Notes under the pieces: model-generated
What the model saw: only the letters and a program-made list of their open reading frames with translations
What the model was told of the DNA's origin: nothing
The model's database searches: none
Shown here: piece by piece, positions 26,947 to 33,266 of the stretch
How the letters are laid out: every line of letters starts with the position of its first letter
Position numbering within the stretch: position 1 is the stretch's first letter
Assembly: GCA_034680305.1 (NCBI GenBank)
Contig: JAXITB010000001.1
Coordinates: 1 to 33,266 of the forward strand
DNA from: Polaromonas sp.
GTDB taxonomy: Bacteria; Pseudomonadota; Gammaproteobacteria; Burkholderiales; Burkholderiaceae_C
Length of the DNA stretch: 33,266 bases
Reading direction: 5' to 3'
Made by a program: the position numbers and the translations under genes

Positions 26947-29940
26947 TCACTGAGCCGCGGCCATCGCCTCGACGCTGCGCTCGAGCGCGGTCAGCAAATT
27001 GACCGCCACCGCCGCCGGCGGCCGAATGAACTGTCGCTTGTCGGCATCGTAAAAAGACGCCTGCAGATGCTCCTCACCCTCGAACATGGGGCCGGGCAAG
27101 CCGGCTTGCTGCAAGATGATGCTGGCAAACAGGCGGACCGAACGGCCATTGGCGTCTGGGAAGGGATGAATACTGATCAGCCGCCGCCCCACCTCGGCAG
27201 CCAAAACCGGCGGCGGCAGTTCGGTTTGCGCACGAGCCAACCACTGCTCGAAATCGGCCATCAGTGAAGGCACCAGGGCGGGCATGGGATAAGCCAAGCC
27301 GTTGCCTTCACGCTCGACGCGGGTGCGCCATTGCCCAGGTTCACCGCCGTTGGCGGGCAGACCCTGCGTCAGCAAACGGTTGAGCTCGCGCAAGTCCGCT
27401 ATCCCAGGCAGGCCCTGAGCCCGTGCCAGTTCTCGGGCATGAGCGCCCGCCGCCGCCCAATTGGCCTGCGCCTGTGCCTGACCGGCGGCAGTTTCCCCGC
27501 CGCCGCTGAGCCCCTGAAGCGTACTGGAGGTTTTGATCTGGGCAGCGGCCACCCGCTCTTGAACCAAGGCCAAAGTCTGCGCACCGCCCTGAGCCAGTGC
27601 CCGCGCCTGCACCCCTTCATGCTTGGCCTGGAGGGCCGCCGAACGGGCCGTGAGTGCTTGCAACTCATGCGGCGAAAAGCCGGTCTCCACCACGATCCGG
27701 GCATTGGCGTCGTCAGCCCGGGTGAAAGCGAGCCGACTGTGGACCCGCTGCAAATTCAGCTCAGCCAACCGGTGCGACAGCGTCCCCTCCATCTCTTGGG
27801 CCATCGGTGCAAACTCATCAGCCGGCTCCTGCCTCGCCAAAATTTCAGCCAACAGGTCGCGAGAAAAAGCCTGGAGCTGCGGTGTTGCCGGCGCCATGGC
27901 CTGCCGAAGTGCGGTCAGACGGTCGATGACCTCCAGGTCGGACGCGTCGGCCCGCCAGCCCATCGCTTGGATGGCCTGGCCGATCGCCAGCATTTCGCGG
28001 TCCAGGCTGGCAAGCAGCCAGGCGCGGTCGGCTGGCTCCAGCGCGCCTTCGGGCAGCGCCACAAGCGCAGCACGGTGATCGCTCAAGCGACTGACCAGAT
28101 CGACCGCCTCGCAAGGCGATTGGGCAAGCAGACCCCGGGCATCAACGTCAAGGGCCGCCATCGCGCCGCTGACCACCGGGTAAGCCAGGGGGTCGACCGC
28201 CCGGGCCTGAACGCCCGACGCCGCCTCGCCCTGCAGTCGCAGGTGCAATTGCATCAAGGGCACGCTCGGACGCAGCTGGCCGAGTGGGTCGAACACACCG
28301 GCCAAGGAGGCGAGCAAAACCTTCGGGTCGATCAGGGGCTCGCTCTGGCCCTCGGTCGGCGCGCAGAGCTGTTCGCCGACTCGGCTCAACGCGCGGTCCA
28401 GGCGTGCGCACAAGACCGCCCGTGCCAGACGATCGGCCGGATCACTGGCGGGGGCCGCTTGCAGGCGGCCACGCTCGCTGGCAAGTGCATCGAACAAGGC
28501 CAGTGCATCGGGCGCCGAGCCGCCCGACAGGGTATCCTCAACCCGAGTCAGCAGGGACAAGGACGACTCGGTCTTCAGTGACTCTGCGGTCTGCTCGCTG
28601 AGCCACCGCTCGATGGGCATGTCAGGCAGCGCGTAGCCTTGCTGCGCCAGCGCCTCGGCCGCCGCCGATTCGCGCATGGCCTCGGGACGGAATTGGGCGC
28701 TGCGTTCGCTCAAGACCGTCAATGCGGCGTCCACCGATCGGGTCCCGCAGCGCGCTGCCGCCGCCTCGACCCACTGCGCCATCGTCGCGTCAAGCCGCTG
28801 CGCCCCCAGGCTGAGCGCGTCGGCTTCCTCGCAATTGAGCAGGTCCTGACAATGCTCGAGCCCGGCACGCACCTCGGTCATGTCCGGTGTGGTCAGACCG
28901 TCGTACACACGCTCCCAGCCGGTTTGATCGAGCCCAGCGAGTTCACTGGCACAGCTGATCACGGCGGCGGTCAAATTCTGGACCTCGTCGCCACCAATGG
29001 CGCCCGGGGGAGACAGACTGGCCAGCCGATCGACCGATCGCTCAAAACTGATGCGAAATTCGTCCAGCGCCTCCAGCCGGGTTCGACTTGAATTGCCGCC
29101 GACCAGTTCGCTGAGCAGCCGCCCCGTCGCGGGCAGCGCCCTGAGCAAATAGCCCGGGAAATCGACTTGCGGCAAATCATGTGTGAGCACGGTCGTGGCG
29201 AGAGCAGCCTTGCCAGCTTCAGACAATTCCGGATGTTGCGCCACCGCGGCCAACTGGCTCTGCTTGATGCTCAGCAGTCGTCCCACCGCGACCTCGGTGA
29301 TGGCCTGCGCCTCAAACAGTGCCTGAGGCGTAGCGGCCAACGGCCCCATGGCCTTGATCTTCGAGGTGATCTCCTTGCGCGCTGCACTCATGGCAAGCTC
29401 GCTGAGCGAATGCTCAAATCCGATGGCTCGCGCCATGCGTGCAAAGGTTTGCTCAAAACCCCGGCCTTGCGCAAAATAAGGCAGGTTGATCTGCCCCTGG
29501 CCATGGGCCTGCGTTAAGGAGAGCTCTCGCTCGGTCATGGATGCCTCAATCAAGCGGGCCACCCGATCCCGGCTCAGGGCGTGGTTGCCACGCTCACCGA
29601 GATACCGCTCCAACTCCTGGGTGGGCAGGCCAGCCCGATCAAACAGCGCCTTCAGAGCGGCACCGGTGACCTCTCCCTTGGCGCTGCGCCCCAACAAGAC
29701 ATTCCATCGCGGCGAAAAGCGCAGCGCGCCCGACCCGCCGCTGCCCTCCAGGCGCAGATAGCCGCGTTGATTCAAGCCCTGCGTGCGTAACTGACCCAAC
29801 AAGCCAAGGGCCTGCTGCTGATCGACATGTGTGTTGACCTGGCCTCGCACATGATCGGCCCGGTCGGCCCGGTTGGCCTGTCGGGAGCCGCCGGCCAGGC
29901 CCACGGCGGAGGGGATATTCAAGGTCATGGGGGTGGTCAA
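26947..29940 (-). CDS. Large (~997 aa) protein with C-terminal Fic domain; putative secreted effector
   Basis: C-terminal Fic core: LRELNRLL, PGQWR, YP....VPSLMADFEQWL, SIHPFPDANGRSVRL (27133-27168). N-terminal ~790 aa not recognised. Start TTG 29940 or ATG 29928. The Fic call is firm; the effector role is inferred. Confidence 0.85.
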   Translation of the reverse strand: MTTPMTLNIPSAVGLAGGSRQANRADRADHVRGQVNTHVDQQQALGLLGQLRTQGLNQRGYLRLEGSGGSGALRFSPRWNVLLGRSAKGEVTGAALKALFDRAGLPTQELERYLGERGNHALSRDRVARLIEASMTERELSLTQAHGQGQINLPYFAQGRGFEQTFARMARAIGFEHSLSELAMSAARKEITSKIKAMGPLAATPQALFEAQAITEVAVGRLLSIKQSQLAAVAQHPELSEAGKAALATTVLTHDLPQVDFPGYLLRALPATGRLLSELVGGNSSRTRLEALDEFRISFERSVDRLASLSPPGAIGGDEVQNLTAAVISCASELAGLDQTGWERVYDGLTTPDMTEVRAGLEHCQDLLNCEEADALSLGAQRLDATMAQWVEAAAARCGTRSVDAALTVLSERSAQFRPEAMRESAAAEALAQQGYALPDMPIERWLSEQTAESLKTESSLSLLTRVEDTLSGGSAPDALALFDALASERGRLQAAPASDPADRLARAVLCARLDRALSRVGEQLCAPTEGQSEPLIDPKVLLASLAGVFDPLGQLRPSVPLMQLHLRLQGEAASGVQARAVDPLAYPVVSGAMAALDVDARGLLAQSPCEAVDLVSRLSDHRAALVALPEGALEPADRAWLLASLDREMLAIGQAIQAMGWRADASDLEVIDRLTALRQAMAPATPQLQAFSRDLLAEILARQEPADEFAPMAQEMEGTLSHRLAELNLQRVHSRLAFTRADDANARIVVETGFSPHELQALTARSAALQAKHEGVQARALAQGGAQTLALVQERVAAAQIKTSSTLQGLSGGGETAAGQAQAQANWAAAGAHARELARAQGLPGIADLRELNRLLTQGLPANGGEPGQWRTRVEREGNGLAYPMPALVPSLMADFEQWLARAQTELPPPVLAAEVGRRLISIHPFPDANGRSVRLFASIILQQAGLPGPMFEGEEHLQASFYDADKRQFIRPPAAVAVNLLTALERSVEAMAAAQ

Positions 29941-29991
29941 GCCGAGAAAGCAAAGCTCACTGGGAAAGGGCTGCGCCGCTGCAGATCGTCC

Positions 29992-30477
29992 CTAGGCACG
30001 CTGCATGACCAGGCGCGGATCCAGGGCCGCCGCCTCGGGGCCCTGTCCGTTGGGTTGGCGTTCTCGCTGATACCGGTCGATCAGTTGCTGCAAACCCTGG
30101 GCGCGCTCGAGCGCGTCTCCCAGATCGCCTTCGAGCTGCAGCGCCGTGGCGCCCTCAAGAGCGAGGCTGCGCTGGATACGCACCTGCAGCTCGGTATCGA
30201 TGAGCAGCGTCCAGCCGGTCGACAAGGCCGCCGCCTCGTTGAGCTGATGCAGCATCAACAGCAAGCCTGCGTCCTGCAGGCCCGATGGGCTGATCGTGCA
30301 GACATCTGCCTCCAGCAGGTAGCGCGTGGGGTCCGCCGGATGCGGCAGGCAACGCAGCACGTGCTCATCGGTCTCAAACTCGAAACCCGACGAGGCCATA
30401 CCGGCAGGCCGAGGATGGCCCACCCGTTCAGCCAGGGCCTGCACCAATTCGGAAAACGCATCCACAGAAACGGTCAA
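29992..30477 (-). CDS. Putative class I type III secretion chaperone (CesT/SycE-like)
   Basis: 161 aa, acidic (about 23 D/E versus about 12 R, no K). Pattern of N-terminal helix (FSELVQALAERVG), short beta strands, helix ending LHQLN, beta strands, and amphipathic C-terminal helix. GGAGG RBS before TTG; directly upstream of the Fic gene. Confidence 0.6.
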   Translation of the reverse strand: MTVSVDAFSELVQALAERVGHPRPAGMASSGFEFETDEHVLRCLPHPADPTRYLLEADVCTISPSGLQDAGLLLMLHQLNEAAALSTGWTLLIDTELQVRIQRSLALEGATALQLEGDLGDALERAQGLQQLIDRYQRERQPNGQGPEAAALDPRLVMQRA

Positions 30478-30546
30478 GGGCTGCCTCCAGTGTTCGTCAA
30501 GGAACAGGGCCGCACGGTCAAAGGCACGACCCCAAGCTCCGATAGA

Positions 30547-31752
30547 TTAGCCGATGTTGATTTCGCCAAGGAGGGAGGCGGGCAGTCGTCGCTCCTCGTC
30601 GGCCAGCGGACCCCGCTTGGACAAGTGCCATCGGTGTTGCATCGGCCACAGCCCGTAGTCGCTGTCGGGCGCCAGCGCATGCTGCGCATGCAAGGGCCAG
30701 TTGGGATTGAACAAGGCCTCCCGGCCGATGGCAACGAGGTCTGCGCAGCCCTCACGCAAGTGGCTCTGCGCCACCTCCGGACGAATGACAAACCCAACGC
30801 CCATGATGGCGACGCCAGTGTGGGCGCGCAACTCGCGCGCATCGCTGGCGCGAAACGCCAGGCCACGCGGGATGCGCGGCCCCTCGGTCGGGTGCGCATC
30901 GATGCCGCCGCCTGAGGAGCAATCCACGATATCGACACCGACCTCTCGCAGCCGCTTGATGAAGCCGACCATTTCATCGAGCGGCAGCGTCCCATCGTCC
31001 AAATCGGTCATGGACAAGCGCCAGGCCAGTGGCAGGTGCGCCGGCCACTGGCTGCGCACCGCCTTCGCGACCTCCAGCGCCAGACGTTGCCGGTGATGGG
31101 TGGATCCGCCCCAAGCGTCCTGGCGGTGATTGCTGCGGGGCGAAAGGAACTGATGAATCAGGTAGCCGTGCGCACCGTGGATTTCCAGCATCTGAAAGCC
31201 TGCCAGGGCAGCACGACCAGCGGCCAGCCCCCAGCAGGACACGAGTTCAAAGATCTCGGTCTCGGTCAAGGCATGGGGCGTCTGCCAGCCCGGGCCACCG
31301 GGGATCGCACTGGGCGCGACGGGCTGCCAGGGCACCTGGCCCTGATCGGCATCGTCCTGCGTCAAAGGCCCCATCCCCTGCCACGCGGTCCTGTGCGCTG
31401 CCTTGCGACCCGTATGGCCCAATTGGATGGCGGCCACAGCGCCATTTCTAGTTAGCGCCTGGGCAATGCGTGCGAGCGGCTCGATGTGTGCGTCAGACCA
31501 GAGGCCGACGTCGCCGTAAGTGTTGCGCCCGCGCGCCTCGACGGCTGACGACTCCACGAACACCACGCCGGCCCCACCCAGAGCAAATCGCCCCAAGTGA
31601 AGCAGGTGCCAGTCGTTGGCCAGGCCATCGGCCTGCGCGCTGTACTGCTGCATGGGGGCAATCACGATCCGATTGCGCGCCTGAATGCCGCGCAATTGAA
31701 TGGGCTCGAACAAATGAGAACTGTCTCGGGTGAGCTCTGCGGGATTGGTCAT
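30547..31752 (-). CDS. NADH:flavin oxidoreductase / old yellow enzyme (YqjM/NamA-like)
   Basis: LFEPIQLRG...RNRIVIAPM, IQLGHTGRKA, EIHGAHGYLIHQFLSP.SN.R.D.WGGS, DCSSGG, IGREALFNPNWPL. Confidence 0.93.
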   Translation of the reverse strand: MTNPAELTRDSSHLFEPIQLRGIQARNRIVIAPMQQYSAQADGLANDWHLLHLGRFALGGAGVVFVESSAVEARGRNTYGDVGLWSDAHIEPLARIAQALTRNGAVAAIQLGHTGRKAAHRTAWQGMGPLTQDDADQGQVPWQPVAPSAIPGGPGWQTPHALTETEIFELVSCWGLAAGRAALAGFQMLEIHGAHGYLIHQFLSPRSNHRQDAWGGSTHHRQRLALEVAKAVRSQWPAHLPLAWRLSMTDLDDGTLPLDEMVGFIKRLREVGVDIVDCSSGGGIDAHPTEGPRIPRGLAFRASDARELRAHTGVAIMGVGFVIRPEVAQSHLREGCADLVAIGREALFNPNWPLHAQHALAPDSDYGLWPMQHRWHLSKRGPLADEERRLPASLLGEINIG

Positions 31753-31999
31753 GATCGAGTGGCTTGAGCGATCGGTGAGCGCGAACGATTGAGCGCGACA
31801 GGGCGCAGCCGCGCCGATCGGACATGAACTGACCGATTGGCCCGTGATCTTGATGGCATATCGGGCGACAGCTCAGCAGTGCAAACCCTTAAAGCCATGG
31901 GTGCTGTGCCGGGCACTGTGCTGTCTGATCCCCAAAAAGTTTCGCACTGGCCGCACGCAAAATCGCGCGCTGCGCAGGACCAATTGGAGCGCACCAATG

Positions 32000-32029
32000 A
32001 AAACGCCCAACCGAGAACGGTCAGGCGTT
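32000..32029 (-). terminator. Rho-independent terminator following tRNA-Phe 3' fragment 1
   Basis: Minus strand AACGCCTGACCG-TTCT-CGGTTGGGCGTT-TT: a 12-bp stem that closes via two G.U pairs on the minus-strand transcript, plus a U-tract. Confidence 0.75.
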
Positions 32030-32035
32030 GGGTAT

Positions 32036-32083
32036 TGGTGGCCTGGGGCGGAATCGAACCACCGACACAAGGATTTTCAGTCC
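32036..32083 (-). repeat. 3' half of tRNA-Phe(GAA), 48 bp; att-like island boundary, not an intact tRNA
   Basis: Reverse complement GGACTGAAAATCCTTGTGTCGGTGGTTCGATTCCGCCCCAGGCCACCA has the GAA anticodon loop, T-arm GGTTCGATTCC and CCA. The D-arm and 5' acceptor strand are absent. Confidence 0.9.
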
Positions 32084-32105
32084 GCTGTCTCCCGCAATTT
32101 CTCGA

Positions 32106-32486
32106 TCAAGCTGAAGGCTCAGCGAACCCGCGCAGCCATGGGTCCAAGTGAGCCATGTCAAACGTACCTGACTCGAGCATCTGGATCATTTCGGCATGAA
32201 TCTGCATAGGCGCACGGTGCAACCGCCAGCCGTTGATGCGCAGAAACACATCGGCAGCGGCAAAGGCAATTCGCTTGTTCCCATCCAGGAATGGGTGGTT
32301 GATGGCCAAGCTTTCCAGCAACGCGGCTGCCCGCGCCAAGATGTCATCGTAGTAGCCTGTCTGCGGTCGAAACAGCGCTGCCTCCAACGCACCAGGATCA
32401 CGCACCCCCAACGCGCCCCCGTACCGCCGCATAAGCACCGTGTGCATGCCGAGCACATCGGCGACGGTCAGGTAATCGAGCCCCAC
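32106..32486 (-). CDS. doc: Type II toxin, death-on-curing (Doc) family
   Basis: H...M.RYGG..GVRDPGALEAAL.RP, AAALLESLAINHPFLDGNKRIAF, FLRING. The Doc-type Lys is present in the Fido motif. Confidence 0.93.
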   Translation of the reverse strand: MGLDYLTVADVLGMHTVLMRRYGGALGVRDPGALEAALFRPQTGYYDDILARAAALLESLAINHPFLDGNKRIAFAAADVFLRINGWRLHRAPMQIHAEMIQMLESGTFDMAHLDPWLRGFAEPSA

Positions 32487-32489
32487 GGT

Positions 32490-32720
32490 TTACTTTGCCA
32501 GCTCGCGGTAGAGATGGTCGAATTCATCGACGCTGGACGCGAAAGCCGCCATCACATGATGGCGCGGGCGCTCCTTTTGCTGGCGATTGATGTAGTCACG
32601 CAAAGCATCATCAAGCACTGCCTGAAACTGACGCCCTTGACTTTCAGCAATTCGACGCAGAGCCAGCAGCACATCAGGTGCCGCTTGGGAGGAAAACTTT
32701 TCGCGCACGGGAGTGGTCAC
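32490..32720 (-). CDS. Antitoxin of the Doc module (ribbon-helix-helix-like, non-Phd)
   Basis: Start reassigned to GTG 32720 (AAGGAG 6 nt upstream); 76 aa. Strand-helix-helix N-terminus (EKFSSQ..PDVLLALRRIA..QGRQFQAVLDDALRDY) and C-terminal FDHLYRELAK. Ends 3 nt before doc. Confidence 0.8.
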   Translation of the reverse strand: MTTPVREKFSSQAAPDVLLALRRIAESQGRQFQAVLDDALRDYINRQQKERPRHHVMAAFASSVDEFDHLYRELAK

Positions 32721-32730
32721 CCTCATCTCC

Positions 32731-32777
32731 TTCATGATGCATCTTGAAGGATCATGATATAGCAAGATGACGTCTTG
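32731..32777. promoter_or_regulatory. Candidate autoregulatory operators of the TA operon
   Basis: Clustered palindromes TTCATGATG/CATCTTGAA (32731-32748), ATCATGAT (32751-32758) and CAAGATG-A-CGTCTTG (32763-32777) share a CA(T/A)GAT half-site and overlap a minus-strand TATCAT. Confidence 0.55.
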
Positions 32778-32808
32778 GAAACAAAACGTGCGACAACCGG
32801 ACAACAGA

Positions 32809-32840
32809 AAGGCGTAGCACATTTCCACGTGCTACGCCTT
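32809..32840 (-). terminator. Hairpin/terminator following tRNA-Phe 3' fragment 2
   Basis: Perfect 12-bp inverted repeat AAGGCGTAGCAC-N8-GTGCTACGCCTT, 6 nt past the CCA on the minus strand. Confidence 0.72.
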
Positions 32841-32846
32841 GTGTTG

Positions 32847-32872
32847 TGGTGGCCCGGGGCGGAATCGAACCA
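32847..32872 (-). repeat. Second tRNA-Phe 3'-end fragment (26 bp), att-like direct repeat
   Basis: TGGTGGCCCGGGGCGGAATCGAACCA versus TGGTGGCCTGGGGCGGAATCGAACCA at 32036-32061: 25/26 identical, same orientation. Confidence 0.88.
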
Positions 32873-32886
32873 GTGTCTAGGAACTC

Positions 32887-33266
32887 TCATCCTTGCGGAA
32901 AATGCTCGATGTGAACTTCACCTTGCCTCCCGAAATAACTCACATGTCTTCCAGTTATCCAAACGATGTATCCGATACAGCCGGCAGTCATTGTTAACTT
33001 AAGAAACCAGGATATCTCACCGCATCACTTTGAGCGCCGTGAATGGCTGAAACAACGCCATCTTTATTAAATGAGTCTGGAATTTCAATTAGGGGCATCG
33101 CCATGGGAATACTAAGGGCGCTATTGTTTGACAAATAGTATGCGGTTGATTGATTGCGATAGTCAGCGAAGTAAGACTCAACGCCAACCTCAACCAAGCG
33201 GCCCAATGCCTCTGGGAAGGTTAGAAGACCGGCATGAGATTGATGGGCGCATTTTTCAATAACTTC
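32887..33266 (-). pseudogene. DUF1398 (YbcV-like) family gene with a 1-bp frameshift; 5' end outside the window
   Basis: The first frame reads EVIEKCAHQSHAGLLTFPEALGRLVEVGVESYFADYR...AIHGAQSDAVRYPGFL, then stops at 32994. A shifted frame continues LTMTAGCIGYIVWITGRHVSYFGRQGEVHIEHFPQG* (stop 32887), which I recognise as the family C-terminus. Visibly lower GC. Confidence 0.75.

Noticed and set aside
30478-30546. hrp-box / PIP-box type T3SS promoter upstream of the chaperone
   Set aside because: No convincing GGAACC-N15/16-CCAC or TTCG-N16-TTCG match was seen, so there is no regulatory support for the T3SS hypothesis.
27331-30915. Plus-strand ORFs of 416 aa (27331-28581) and 362 aa (29827-30915)
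   Set aside because: They are antisense shadows of the Fic, chaperone and OYE genes with no recognisable motifs.
31763-31773. 11-mer CTTGAGCGATC shared by the OYE and BVMO upstream regions
   Set aside because: The same 11-mer also occurs inside coding sequence (about 18867, and reversed at about 28077), so it is not specific evidence of co-regulation.
31880-31898. Possible sigma54 promoter upstream of the OYE (TGGC...TTGC on minus strand)
   Set aside because: GG-to-GC spacing is 12, not the required 10.
32036-32111. Intact tRNA-Phe gene
   Set aside because: Similarity stops in the anticodon stem. There is no D-arm or 5' acceptor strand, and the upstream sequence runs into the doc stop.
1-33266. 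CRISPR array, IS element, integrase or rRNA
   Set aside because: No regularly spaced repeats, transposase or recombinase motifs, or rRNA-like sequence were seen.

Overview
High-GC, betaproteobacterial-looking window (Bug/TctC receptors and gene style suggest Burkholderiales; inferred). About 26.8 kb (1-26787) is dense catabolism: a truncated hydantoinase/oxoprolinase A gene, 2 LysR, 2 Bug receptors, an SdsA1/Bds1-type sulfatase, an LLM monooxygenase, 3 SDRs, 2 paralogous crotonases, a PaaR/KstR2-like TetR, a tandem acyl-CoA dehydrogenase pair, an ADP-forming acyl-CoA synthetase, a SnoaL/NTF2 protein, IclR, a complete Liv-type ABC importer, an SMP-30 lactonase and a Baeyer-Villiger monooxygenase. 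Three copies of a PaaR-like 22-bp operator (10315, 11920, 25069) tie three of these transcription units into one probable TetR regulon of unknown substrate. Between the BVMO and an old yellow enzyme sits an out-of-context pair: a small acidic class I T3SS-chaperone-like gene followed by a ~1000-aa protein. That protein has an unrecognised helical N-terminal region and a C-terminal Fic domain whose putative auto-inhibitory Glu appears replaced by Gln. This pair is my best candidate for an undescribed system. The right end is a tRNA-Phe integration hotspot: two 3'-tRNA-Phe fragments, each followed by a hairpin, bracket a ~760-bp islet holding only an antitoxin-doc module, followed by a frameshifted, lower-GC DUF1398-like gene running off the edge. 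All family calls come from motif recognition by eye; no searches were run.
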